A stretch of 64,000 bases of DNA from Hypanus sabinus (GCF_030144855.1 NC_082715.1:131440001-131504000), one strand, 5' to 3'. Positions 11,701 to 24,339 are shown, numbered from the stretch's first letter. The notes: a model not told the origin generated them from the sequence alone. Numbers and translations are program-made.

Positions 11701-14700
11701 TTTTGATTGTTCCACATTGGCGGTTCTACCTTAGGCTGCCAAGACTTAAACCCAGGAACTCCCTTTATATTTATTTTGTTTCTCCTATTCCTCTAGAAAT
11801 GTAATTGCAACTGTAGCAACTCATCTTTTATACCATTATCAGAAATTCACCAAGATTCAGGATGTTGATGGAACTGGAAATTAAAATTATATTGGTGAGC
11901 TGTGATGCCTCATGTAGATAATAGATACTGAGTTGTAGATAATTGAGTTACAGTCATACAATAGCTAGATATTGGTCAAATAAACAGCTGTTTTGGTTGA
12001 TGTCACTTCAATTTTGTAATGCAGCTACACCCAAAAGGTTGGGTTTTGTGGGATCAGGTAGTCATCCTCTTTGTTACATAATACTTGTTCTCTGCCCAGT
12101 TCTTGCAAGCTCATGGTCTTATATTAACACTAAGATATAGAAGCAGAAGTAAGCCATTCAGCCTATCCAGTCTGCTCCACCATTCAATCATGGGCTGGTC
12201 CCACAGATTTACCAACCCCTGACTAAAGTAATTTCTACACATCAGTTCTAAATGGATGTCCTTCAATCCTGAGGTTGTGCCCTTTTGCCCTAGACTCCCC
12301 TACCATGAGAAGTAACTTTGCCATATCTGATTTGTTTAGGCTTTTAATGTTTGGAATGTTTCTATATGATCATAGAAACATAAAAAACCTACAGCACAAT
12401 GCAGACCCTTTGGCCCATAAAGTTGTGCCGAACATGCCCTTATCTTAGAAATTACCTAAGGTTACCCGTAGCTCTCTATTTTTCCAAGCTCCATGTACCT
12501 ATTGAGGAGTTTCTTAAAAGACCCTATTGTATCCACCTCCACCACCGTCGCTGGCAGCCCATTTCATCCACTTTCTGCGTTTATATAAAAAAAATCTTAC
12601 AACTGACATCTCCTCTGTACCTACTTCTAAGCACCTTAAAAGTGTGCCCTCTCGTGCTAGCCATTTCAGCTCTAGGAAAAAGCCTCTGACTATCCACACG
12701 ATCAATGCCTCTCATTATCTTGTCATCCTCTATAAGGTCACCTGTCATCCTCTGTCACTCCAAGGAGAAAAGGCAGAGTTCACTCAACTTATTCTCATAA
12801 AGCATGCTCCCAATTCAGGCAACATCCTTGTAAATCTCTTCTGCACTCTTTCTATCGTTTCCACATTCTTCCTGTAGTGAGGTGACCAGAACTGAGCACA
12901 ATACTCCAAATGGGGTCTGAGCAGGGTCCTATATAGCTGCAACATTACCTCTCAGCTCCTAAACTCAATCCTACGATTGATGAAGGCCAATGCACCGTAT
13001 GCCTTCTTAACCACAGCGTCAACCTGCACAGGAGATTTGAGTGTCTTACGCACTTGGACCCCAAGATCCCTCTTATCCTCCACACTGCCAAGAGTCTTAC
13101 TATAGAGAGTACTATATTCTGCCATCATATTTGACCTACCGGAATGAACCACTTCACACTTATCTGGGTTGAACTCCATGTACCACTTCTCAGCCCAGTT
13201 TTACATCCTTTCTAAATGTCCCACTGTAACCTCTGACAGCCCTCCACACTATCTACAACACCCCCAATCTTTGTGTCATCACAACATTCTCAACCCTCCA
13301 ATCCTTCGGAATCTCTCCCATCCTAATTGATGATGCAAAGCTCATCGCCAGAGGCTCAGCAATCTCCTCCCTCGCTTCCCACAGAAGCCTGGGGTACATT
13401 TTGTCTGGTCCCGGTGACTTATCCAATTTAATTTCTTCCCCCCCCCCCCCCCCCACCGTTCTCCTGAATTCCAGGGAATAGAACCCAAGAGCTGCCAAAC
13501 GTCCCTCATACAGTAACCCTTTCATTCCTAACATGTTCATTTATTGATGATTGCTTAGTAGGCTCTCTGTTAGATGTTGCGTCCTAGCTGTCTATGCAAG
13601 CCAATGCGCAAGTATGAAATGGAGTGTCAGCTGTTGTCCATGTAGCAGACTTCACCCCCCCCACCCCCCCTTCACGCAGCTATTGATTCCAAAGAACAGT
13701 TGAGACTGATACAGTTTAACACCAGTGGCATCACAGGAGTTGCCAGTTAGCGTTGAACTCAATGCAAGACTGCCTTAAGACTCCAGCTTCAGATTTTTCC
13801 TCGGGGTTTACACCTGAAACTTCCCCATGAGTGCGTATAGCCGCATGGTGGCGAAGTTTTGAGATCAGTTTTCCATCTCCTGGGTGAGCTGCCAACCACA
13901 GCTGACAAGCCCCATCTGCCTGAAGCAACTGGTTTTAAGGTGCTGGTAACTTTCTTTGCCCCTTTCCCTGTCAGTAGAAACTGTTCCACTGAGAATAATG
14001 GCTAAGCCACACATAATGGCCAGAAATTGGCTTGGTTGTTGGAGGCTGTTTGAGATGTGCACCATTGGGAGCATTTAGTAGGTAGTGGGAGCTTATCTCT
14101 GCTACCTTCCCTGGCTGTGACAACCTTGCGGAATCTGATTGCTTAAATGATGAGATAGTGAGGAATGAGACCTGGATAGATCAGCCAAGATCATATTAAA
14201 TGGCAGGCAGGCTGAATAGGCCTCAGGGCCTACTGAGTTTCTTGAGTTGTGCTTTTGTGTGGTGCCTTTGTCCTCCTCCACTGCCAAACTTTTATTTTCA
14301 TGATCAGTGAAGTTGCCCTGCTAACCATACAGCCAGGCAACCTACAGAAGCAACTTTTCCTGTCAGGGGTTCCCAAACTGGGGTCTTTGGTAAGAGTCTA
14401 TGGCATAAACCCCTGGGTTATATTAGATTTATTATTGACTAATATGTTAGCTATGGTGAAGAATTGCCTATTTTCAATCATACTGTGGTTAAGTTTAGCA
14501 AAGAACTCTTAAGGGAGAAATGTAAAAGTGCTGCTGATTATGATTTAGGCAGGTCTAAGACAGATTGAATAAGAAAAACTGAGCAAATTTAATAGATGAA
14601 ACCACAGTGGAGCTATAGGCGATATTCGCATTTACTGTGAGACGGAACTATTTTGTACCCCTAAAGAACAAAAGCTGCAGTTGCCGGATAACAACCTCAG

Positions 14701-17700
14701 TTGATTAAGGTATTGGAAATAAAAAGCAAAAGTTAAAATCTAGTATAGATCTTGACTAAAATGTTGAATATAGTGAAAGTAGAAAATGCTGATCAGTTCA
14801 GGCAGCTTCTGTGAAAAGAGAAACAGGTTGAACGTCAAAGTCACTTCATCAGAACCGTGTCCTGACGAAGGGTCTCGGCCCGAAACGTCGACAGCGCTTC
14901 TCCCTATAAATGTTGCTTAGCCTGCTGTGTTCTACCAGCATTTCGTGTATGGTGGTGTTTAAACAGAATTCAAGTTAGTTTTAAGTTGCCTTGAAGGTGA
15001 GGACAAAAGGGTTAGAGGACCAAAGTTACCGTGAGGATATCATCTGGCTGAAGCGTTAATGAAGTTGTTTAGAGGGGAAAATAAGAATAAAAGGTATGAG
15101 GGCAGACGGACAATGATAATGCAGACAAAAGAATGTGAAAATGAGCAAAATACACGTGCCTAGGGCATGCCTGGCTTGTCCCTTATTTCATTTTCGGTAA
15201 CTTGAATAATCACTTGGTGCTACGAACAGGAAGGCACCTGTTCTCAACCTACAATGGCATTAGGGCATTGTTATTGCATAGAAGTTTGGGGGGGGGGGGG
15301 AGTTAGCCATTCACAGGGTAAACCTATACTGCCTATAGTATCAAGGTCAATTAATATACCCTCAGGATACTCTGGGAATGTCAACAGGTCTGCATTATTA
15401 GAAGGATGCCAGCATTTTGTTTTAGTAAATTGGGAAAGGGAAGTTTCTGCAGAGTTCTCTGAAATGTTATATTTCTCCATTTGCTGGGAATTGAGCAATA
15501 GTGGAAACCATGTGATTGTCATTCACAGTATGCAGTTCCAATCAGGAACCTGACAAGCCATTTCCAGCAATTTCTATTTTTTTTATGATCAACATTTGCA
15601 GTTCCGTGGACAAGCCACATTTTCTGGTAGTGGTTTTAGCATTTTAATCTTGAGGTGTGCACTGCCATTCCCAATTCCATTGGAATTCTCAACCTGAGTA
15701 TCTCTGTATAGTGCACACAAAATGCTGGAGAATTCTGCAGGCCAGGCAGTTAAGTGAGTAATTCTATCGGTATACTGAATGTAAATTCTATACATTTTAA
15801 TACTTGGGTTGTTGAAGCAATTTTGTGTTGCTCCATTAATTGAACTGTCTTTTATTTATGCAAATACCTAATCTTTGGCTTTTTCAGAAAGATTCAGGGA
15901 ACGTTAGTTGTACAGCCCAACTTTTGAGATCTGATCGTTTGCAAATAGTCCTGAATACACAGAAATCTCTGAGGACAATTTGGACTGATGCCCAATGTGA
16001 TGGTATGCCTGCTTTCAGTAATCAACAGATGATAGTTGATTTCTTTTAAGTTATACTGACTGAATTAATTCTATATTCATACCTAACACTTTTGTCTTCT
16101 GGTTGCCCTGTCCTTTCTGGTGCACCGTGCTTCATGGAGGATGCCACCTGAGTGCAGCTTTTTTATTTGACTGGGCAAAGTACCAATGCATTTACTATTT
16201 TCTCTGTTGTTATCACTCTGTGTTTGCTATGTTAACCCTTCCATTATAATTGTACAGGATTCTAACTGAATGACCAATGGAAGATAATTTGTTGCAATAT
16301 AAAATAAGGTTATTTATTATTCCCTCAATATTAATCTTAGCTAAATTTATTTTAGTTGATTGGTATAATCTTTGGCCTCAACTGTACAACATTTTGAATA
16401 ATTTTGATTGCTCTATGTACAAAAAAAATAAAATGTTAACTTCAAGTATACAGGGGTCTAGTAAGTAGATGAATCAGTTAATTTGATATCTATGGATTGA
16501 GAAATTGTCAACCCTCTGAACATCAGTCATTTTTCGTAGAGATCTTTGTAAATGACAAGAAGAGGTCAGTTAATCAGAGTCAAAGTGGGTAAATGGGAGA
16601 AATGGAAAAATAATGAAATGGCAGCTTACTGTTTCTCTATGCATCGTATGATGATTGTTCTACTCAAGATTGTACTATGCAGTTTAAGACTTCCAATAAC
16701 TCAAGCCTATGAAACAAGGTTATGAAGCTAGCCGTCCAAATCACTTTATTTACTTCACCTCTTCACACTGTGAAAATAAATGAGTTTTTTAAATGTCTAG
16801 TTAGAGGAGTCTTTTAAAAATAAATTGCTGCTTAAATAACTAGAAAAAGGTGTCTTTCTCTTGGTTTGATAGGCTGGAGCAGGTAAGATGCATTAATCAT
16901 TGTCTTATTCCAAACTCAAATGCAACAGTAGGTTTATGCTCTTTACAAAGTAGGTTTACAAATATGACATGTTGCAAATTCTATCCCAAAGCATGATGTT
17001 GCCAGTAGTCTGACCTTACAGTGAAATGCAGTGTTGTGAGTATATGCTACTCATTTTGACAAATAGTCTCGATTTCACATTGGGAATATTAAGAGCAAGC
17101 TCTTAAAGGTAGCTTCTTTAGCCTGAAAGTTTCTCGAGCATCTTTAAAAGACACTTTATTTAATCCAATGCAAATATGAATGTTTGCTTTTTAAACTTTA
17201 TACTAAATTGCTATATGGTACAAGGATTTTTGACTGATTTACTGTAAAGTTTCAAGTTGTGAAAACGTTTGAATTAACCAGAATACCACCTTCAGGTTTG
17301 GGAAGGAAGGTGATAACCAGAATAATCTTAGTTCTGAATATTAAAATATTTTAATTCCAGGTATGATGTGATTAAACATGTATTTCTTTATTTGCTAATC
17401 TGATATCCCTTTTCTCCACCACCTTCCCTTAATAGACTGTTTAAATGAAAACAAAACAGCGCTATCGACTGATACTGTAATCTTTAAGAAGTTGCTGAGT
17501 GATTCTCTGAGTTGTTTTGAACAACACTTTTCGGTAACTTAAAAAATCATTTGTTCTGCTTTTGTCATTGGGATTTGGTGATGAATCAACAGTGTCATTA
17601 AGCAACAGATGTTCATGTTTTCTATTCTTTCTCTGGCTCTGTTTTCACTTTGATCAGCTTGGCTGTACTGATGCTGAGACCAGTACATCGGTAATATAGC

Positions 17701-20700
17701 ACAATTCAGCCTGCTCTTCCATACCTTCTTCCTATCACCTAGGCCATATACAATTAATTAATTAGAATCTTTGTGGATAGTTGAGATGATAACTGCGTTT
17801 TGGAGCAGCTATTAGTTTATTCTGCCAGCACTGGTACATTTCAAGCTTGAAAGAAACTGGCTTACAATGCAAGGTGAGATAAACGACTGAAAGATAAGTT
17901 TAAATATCCAGTCAAAGGGGAAAGATTTTCTGCAAATCCAAAGCAGCATGCACAAAACTCTGGAGGAACTCAGCAGGTCAGACATCCTCCAAGGAAATGA
18001 ACAAACAGTCAGCGTTTTGGGCTGAGACTCTTCAGGTTTGGGAAGGAAGAGGGTGGTGGGACAGGGAAAGGGCTGGAAAAGAAGGAATCTGATAGGAGAG
18101 TGAACTATGTGAGAAAGAGGACTGGCACTGGGGGAGGTGATAGGAGGTTGAGGTAAGAGGCCTGAGTGGGGAAGAGAAGGGGGAAGGAAACAAATTACCA
18201 GGAGAAATCAGTGTTCATGCTATCAGGTTGGAGGCTACCTAGATGGAATATAAGGTGTTGCTCCTCCACCCTGAGAGTGGCCTCATCGTGGCAAAAGAGG
18301 AAGTCATGGGCCAGTATGTTGGAATGGTGAGTAGAGAGGTGACTTGTTAGAGGTGTATAAGATGATAAGAGGCATAGATCGAGTGGACAGCCAGAGACTA
18401 CCCCAGGGCAGGGCCGAAATGGGTAATGCGAAAGGAAATAATTTTAAGGTGATTGGAGAAAATTACAGGGAGACTATCAGAGTTGGTTGTTTTTTTTAAA
18501 CAGAAGACTAGTGGATGGAAGGTACTGCCAGAGTTGGTCGTAGTGGCAGATACCACCAGTCCTGGCAGTGCAATCCATGCACCCACCATTCTATGTTTTT
18601 TTTGTAAAGGTCTAATGTACTCAACCAGGTTAACATACAAAAATCTTAATTATTTACCCCATTCCCCACAGTTTGTTTCCTAGAATGTTTCATGGTGATC
18701 ACAAAAGTTTTGCATTTTGCTCCCTAATCCCCAGTTGCTTTCACCTTTTCAAAGTGCTTGAAAATATTCATATCCTGCCCAATTTTAGTAGTCCATTTCA
18801 TACTGAAATGGATAAATGCCACAAAAGATGTTCAGTGTATTCTGACAGAGGTAATGCTCGTCAATATATATGTAGCTTCCACAAAATCTGTGTGTGGAAA
18901 GCCATCAGTGTCTAAAGTCTGCACAAAATAACACCTGCTTAATGCTTCTTACAAATTTTTAAGCTTGTCTTTTAAGAGAGAAAGATTTCCCCTTAAGCAA
19001 TCTTCCCTTAAAAGACATTCACATTTTGTTTTCCAAGGCTAAATGTTTTTAGAGAACAAAACTCTCATCCATCTTTTCAAACATAGGACATTAAGCCTTG
19101 GTAAGTCATGTATTCTGAGCCAAGTAGTACTTGGTATTTGCTGAATACCATCAGCAACTAAGGTTTTTAATGTTAACTAAGTTGATTGATGTAACCCAAT
19201 AACAGTTGTCTGTTCTTTTATATTGGGGAGCATATTTTGCTCGTGCTTAGAACATAATGACTTCAATATTAGATTATTTTTTATTATGTTAGCTTCAAAA
19301 GGTTAAATTTTACATTTGCCAGGCATTCCTTTCTCATGGCTACAAACTTGGTTTATTTGCTCATTTCTAAACTCAGTTCTCAAAGTCACACTTTCCATTG
19401 TCAAAATTTAACTGATTTTTGACATTGTGACTATACCATGATTTCACACAATTATAGACTTTCAAGTTCAAGCTTTGACTGTTATAAATATTTTCCTGTT
19501 GTATATGGCATCTACCTTTTGTTTTTAAACCATGTTTGTATGAACCCACATCAATACTTTTTCCTATTTTCTGACCAATAATCTGTTTCATCTGTTACAT
19601 ATTAATGTGGTGGTCTAAACTTTTATACTGTAAAATGATGATATTAATTTTTGTATTGTAGAAACATCCAGTTCACAGCAACCATTCAGAAGTTTGCATA
19701 AAGTGCCACAGCTCTTACAAAAATTTGACTGAATACTATGATAGAATGAAAAACAAAGGCAAGCTGTGCATAGACACCGATGATGCAGTAAGTACAATGA
19801 AAATTATAATGTTTGTGCTGCCGAAAGTCTCCATAACAATGTAAGGTAGAAAATGCTGATAATGTTCAAGAAGTCAGGCAGCGTCTGTGGAGGGAAAAAA
19901 AAGAAATTAAAATATTTGTGGAACTTGTCCAGAATTGCTGCCTGTATACAGCGTAGTTTGATTTTGATGTTTTCAAGTGAGTCATTCAGCATGTTTAAAG
20001 TGGCTCTCGGTCTTGTTCTCATGTTTTATGACATGGAAGGAAATCTTTCAGCCTGTTAAGTTTATGCTGGTTCTTGGAGCAACCCAGCCAGTTCCACAGG
20101 AAACTGTTCACTTTAGGGAAAACTATATGGTCAGAAAGAACATATAAATGTCACCTAAGCTGGGTTGCTGGACATATGAGACAGCAGCAACACTTGCTGT
20201 CACTACAGTACCCTTGGATTGAAGAATAGATCAGTATAAGAACAGACCCTTTAACCCATGATGACTGTGATGGTAATTTATATGACTGGTCTGCCTACAC
20301 ATGTCGTGTATTCTCTTCTCCCTGTGCCTTTCTAAATGCATTTTAAATGTTGCTGTTATATCTGCTTCCACCACCTCTGCAGTGAGTTCCACCACCTCTG
20401 TCACTCTCTGTAAAGAGAAAAAAAACAATAGTTATTCATAGGTCAGTGCATTTTTGACTTTCAGCATTGCAAAATTAAAGGCTTTCCCTGGGTTATGAGC
20501 TTCCAACGTATGGTTACCTGTGCCTTTGAAGGCACAAGTATTAAATTCAAAAGTTGGTACATGCATTCCTTCCTATGAAGGACAGAACTAGTTTCCTCTT
20601 TCATTTCTAGTAATCTTTTAAAAAATCAGTTGTGTGCTTTTGATGCCATTCATAACAAAACTGGAGGGAGATGGTATATGGAATGAATTTTTGTACAAGT

Positions 20701-22328
20701 CCAATGTAAGTTGATGGACATCTGTAGAAATGGAATCTTTTCACTACCAGTTCAAATTTTTATAAATCCCCTTGTCATTAGTTTACAAAATATTTGAGAA
20801 GCTGCCCATGATCACTCACTTTATTTATTTTTTTTCTGTTCATCATGAATTGCATTGTACTGCTGCTGCTAAGTTAACAAATTTCACGACACATGCTGTT
20901 GATACTAAACCTGATCCTGATTTGCTTTAGCCTCAGTTTGATTCTTCCAAAAATATTCTTCTGTTTGGTGTTTTCAGATGAACTTGACACGTCAACTATG
21001 GAGCAAAACTTATAACTGCACTGTCCATTGCCGTGATATGGTTTCGGTCATTGCGATTTCAACGTTTCTTCTTTTTCTACCGGTTATCTTCTATCTCAGC
21101 AGCTTTCTTCACTCTGAGCAGAAGAAATTGAAACTTATAGAGCGTGAGTACATGCTATTTGGAGCTTCAAACTTAACAGTTTTTAACTGAAGCTAACTGC
21201 TAATGAGTTTTTGCATGTCTCTGCTGTTTAGTATTAATGTGAACTTCATTCTTCAATTCCTATTCGAGAAGGATGACCAGAGATAGTTCTACATTGTGGT
21301 TTGCATGAACATTCACAAATAGAGCCCCTTTCCAAACACACAATACCTGTATGTTTTTTCCAATTTATGTCCTTGGGTAATGTTGATTGATGTCAAAATT
21401 ATACTGAAAATGAGATTCTGTTCTTCTAGCGAAGGAGGGAGTCAGCAGCAGAACCAGTGATAAATACAGATCACAGCCAGATAGTAATATTCTTTGTCAG
21501 AGGACACAATTTGCTGGACAATTACAAGTCATGTAGAAAACATTGTGATCAGCACAGTGAATTGTCAATTTATTGCATTTTAGTCACATACAGTGCACTT
21601 AGTGATTTTGGCCTGTTAACCCAGTGGAAGGGAGCCAAAATTAGTGGAATTAGATGATGGAATATTTTCTTCTGCCTTGGGTAGAGCAATGAAAGGTTAA
21701 AAAGCATTGGGTTTGGCTGAGTAAGCCTGGGTACCAACCCTTACCACTGGAGGTGCTGTTGGCATATAAAATTCTGACAGACTTGAAAGACTAATGCTCA
21801 GAGCTGGCTTTTCCTTTAGAGAGTTTAGTAAAGATGCCAACGTGTCAAGTTAATGGATCGGCTATTTTAAAAACAGACGTAAGTTGTACAGCGCCAAAAT
21901 TGAGACGCGAAAATGTTGTTTCCCTCAGTGTTGAGAATCTTTGGGATTTTGGCATCCTCTTGTGCTCCGGATTCTCACAGTTGTACAGCACCAGAATAGG
22001 CCCATTCAGCCCAATTTGTCCTTGCTGGCCAAGAATGTCTATTTTAGCTTATTCCATTTGCTTGTGTTATATCCGTATCCCTAAGCCCAGTTCTTGTCTA
22101 TATTTCAGACCAGGCTCAATAGATTTTTGAACATGATAGAGAAGATTAGAAAATGGTTGAATGGAAATGATCATATTATTAAATTGTGGAGCAGGCTTGA
22201 AAGGTCAGAGAGCCTGCATGTGCTTCTTTTTTCATAATTTTCTTGTGGTAATTGGACTAATTAACTTCTGGTATTTATTTGCAGCTAAACGCCTGAAACA
22301 TTCCAGCAGCAACACCAGCATGCGTTGA
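8377..22328 (+). CDS. OSTM1: Osteopetrosis-associated transmembrane protein 1 (ClC-7 beta-subunit), 6 coding exons, 310 aa
   Basis: Exons of 384+115+98+126+166+44 nt = 933 nt give one continuous frame with GT-AG introns of phase 0,1,0,0,1. The protein has a signal peptide, a Cys-rich luminal domain ([39 protein letters not shown]), a single TM helix and a basic tail ([16 protein letters not shown]), all recognisable as OSTM1. Confidence 0.97.
8880..10195 (+). mobile_element. CR1 LINE ORF2 3' half (OSTM1 intron 1)
   Basis: [36 protein letters not shown] small antisense Rex tail is inserted at ~9620-9720. Confidence 0.85.
12135..13540 (-). mobile_element. Nested CR1 LINE fragments (OSTM1 intron 1)
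   Basis: [45 protein letters not shown]1 tails catagaaacata at ~12371 and ~12135. Confidence 0.85.
13550..14130. repeat. Non-coding interspersed repeat, family unassigned; inverted relative to 41025-41550
   Basis: Shares reverse-complement blocks with 41025-41550 (ctccagcttcagattttt/aagatctggagctggag; agccccatctg/cagatggggct; atacagttt/aaactgtat). Confidence 0.65.
14780..14950. repeat. Inverted pair of Penelope-like terminal-repeat fragments
   Basis: A degenerate antisense copy (~14780-14855) abuts a sense copy (14856-14950). Confidence 0.55.
14858..14893 (+). ncRNA. Minimal type I hammerhead ribozyme-like motif of a Penelope-like terminal repeat
   Basis: TGTC-CTGACGA-A-GGGT-CTCG-GCCC-GAAA-CG-TC-GACA. 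Both core motifs CUGANGA and GAAA are present, with stem I TGTC/GACA, stem II GGGU/GCCC and a palindromic ACGT in place of stem III. Confidence 0.6.
15888..16002 (+). CDS. OSTM1: OSTM1 coding exon 2 (115 nt)
   Basis: Acceptor ctttttcag|AAA; [38 protein letters not shown]; donor G|GTATGC. Confidence 0.95.
17436..17533 (+). CDS. OSTM1: OSTM1 coding exon 3 (98 nt)
   Basis: Pyrimidine tract plus aatag|AC; (D)[32 protein letters not shown]; donor TCG|GTAACT. Not in the ORF track. Confidence 0.93.
17930..18325 (-). mobile_element. Penelope-like element 3' fragment
   Basis: Reverse complement of the GIY-YIG C-terminal region (gaggccactctcagggtggaggagcaacacc) plus the terminal repeat. Confidence 0.7.
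18326..18550 (+). mobile_element. CR1 3' fragment
   Basis: gaggtgacttgttagaggtgtataagatgataagaggcatagat, matching 57390-57430. Confidence 0.65.
19662..19787 (+). CDS. OSTM1: OSTM1 coding exon 4 (126 nt)
   Basis: Acceptor tattgtag|AAA; [42 protein letters not shown]; donor GCA|GTAAGT. Not in the ORF track. Confidence 0.93.
20978..21143 (+). CDS. OSTM1: OSTM1 coding exon 5 (166 nt, TM helix)
   Basis: Acceptor ttttcag|ATG; [55 protein letters not shown]; donor C|GTGAGT. Confidence 0.97.
22285..22328 (+). CDS. OSTM1: OSTM1 coding exon 6 (terminal)
   Basis: Acceptor tttgcag|CT; (P)[13 protein letters not shown] then TGA at 22326-22328. Confidence 0.93.
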
Positions 22329-22869
22329 AGAAAGACTTTTCTGAAAATTTGCTGACATGTTAATATTGACCAGGAAAAATGTGTTTGAAACAAAAGATGA
22401 GGGTTTCGTAACAGCTATGAGAACATGGTCTTTGCATCTGTACTTGTTCTTAGCTTAATTATTTTATCATATTTCAGAAATTGTCCTGAAAATTTGCACT
22501 TTGGAATTGTTACGATCACCTTTATTATTTTTACAACATCTGTGGTCCCTTTTTTTTTTACCAACTAAACAGTTTCGGGTAGGGTGTTGCGCCAGAGCAG
22601 GATGATTCAAACATTCAGTTTCAGTTTAATCAGTTAATTTTTTTTGTTTCTGCAATCAGTGTAGTTCTGCTATTGTAAAGTTTAGTAGATCTAGCTTCTG
22701 ATTTAATGTTGATTATTTCTACTGTTTACATTTTAAAATAAAGCATTGCACTGAAAGAATTGCAAGCTTTTTAAAAAAAATTCTAAACTTTAAAAAAAAA
22801 ATGTATTATTGCAAAAAGAAGCTGTGAAACAGCTGAATCAAACCACACTGGACGTTCCAGAGACATGAA

Positions 22870-23000
22870 ATTCTGCAGAAATGGGAAATCTTGACCAGCA
22901 CACACAAAATGCTGAAGAAACTCAATGGTGAGGCAGCAACTACAGAGGAAAATGAATGACATGAGACCCTTCTTCGGGACTGGGATCCAGAAATTCTTTG
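22870..23000 (-). repeat. Penelope-like terminal repeat fragment in the OSTM1 3' UTR
   Basis: cacacacaaaatgctgaagaaactca...gagacccttcttcgggactgg. Confidence 0.6.
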
Positions 23001-23624
23001 CTGCTGTTTGTTTAACAATGTCTGAATTTTAATTTGAGCACTAATTATTGCAAAAGGTAGGAACATGGTAGTTGCCAATGTCCAATGTTTTTTTTAAACT
23101 CAGCATCTAGACCACTGATTCTTTGTCTTGTGTTGAATAACAATACACAGCAAACAAGTAGTTAACAATGAAAACAATATGGTGAATTCTTTAAAATTTC
23201 ATTAAGGAAAGCCAAGAATTAGGATAAAAAATAAAGTAAATTTACAACAAATTTAGGATTGATGTCCTTCAAATAAGATGTCGATTAAAGTACCTGGATT
23301 TTATATTTTAAAAAATTTGAATCCTATGAAGGAGGTTGGAAGATGTGTGGAAGTATGGATAAAATGGCTTTTTATATTTAAGCTTGTTTTGTCAAAGTCA
23401 GTATTTTTGAGAAAGTATATTTTTATAATATAGAGATAGCATTAGATTCTTTTTGTGTTTAATGTATTTGTGATTATTGGATCACTTTAAATATGTCTGA
23501 AGCATTCCATAATGTTTCTAACAGTGTGGTTTATGTGTGTTTTCCATTTTATTGTTTAAATATTCGTTAACATGATGTTTTGCTCAGCTGTTGTATTGAA
23601 GCAGAGCAGTATGATATCTTGGTA

Positions 23625-23630
23625 AATAAA
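23625..23630 (+). terminator. Likely distal polyadenylation signal of OSTM1
   Basis: AATAAA followed about 25 nt later by GTGTGTTTTCTTTTTCTCTGTG. Confidence 0.6.
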
Positions 23631-23779
23631 ATGTTTTGGAAATGATCATCCAAGTGTGTTTTCTTTTTCTCTGTGCATTAAAATTAGCCTGCTATTTCAT
23701 GAGAAAACTTTTGTTCATCTTAAAGGGTTGATTTGTTTTATTTATCTGGGATGAGTGAAATAATTATCAGTCAGATCTA

Positions 23780-24030
23780 AGCAACAACACAAAATGCTGG
23801 AGGAACTTGGCAGGTCAGGCAGCATCTATGGAAAAGAGTACAGTCAACATTTCGGGCCGAGACTCTTCAGCAAGACCTTATGTCCTGTTGAAGGGTCTCG
23901 ACCTGAAATGTCGACTGCACTTGTTCCCATAAGATCCTGTGTGCCCTGCTGAGTTCCTCCAGCATCTTGTGTTTCAGCATCTTGTGTTGTTGCTTGGCTT
24001 TGCAGCCTCTGCATATTTTCTCTTGATTAC
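23780..24030. repeat. Palindromic (MITE-like) element built from inverted Penelope terminal repeats
   Basis: Left arm acacaaaatgctggaggaact...gagactcttcagcaagac is the imperfect reverse complement of right arm gtcctgttgaagggtctc...agttcctccagcatcttgtgt. Confidence 0.7.
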
Positions 24031-24339
24031 GATCTGTTGGGTCTACATATTTTTCCTGTATGACAGCCATTTGACCTTCAGTTTACCTCCAAAATGTTCA
24101 CATTAATTTCAAAGATTGCACTACAAAAGTAGGATATATTTAGCCTGTATTATCAAACCTATGCCTGTAATAGATTTTCAACTAAATCAGCCAACCTGAA
24201 TATACTGGGCTGATTTTACACAACAATTTAAGATTACATGTCCCAGAATGGCAGAGAGTTGATCTAATATTTTTGATTGTGAGATATTAGCAGTGAATGA
24301 ACACACGTAACTATAAGCTAATCATTCAGTTATTTGTAT

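Larger units (their letters stand above)
22329..23655 (+). other. OSTM1: OSTM1 3' UTR (probable extent)
   Basis: U-rich sequence after the stop. AATAAA at 22737, 23230 and 23625; the last is followed by a GT/T-rich downstream element. Confidence 0.6.
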
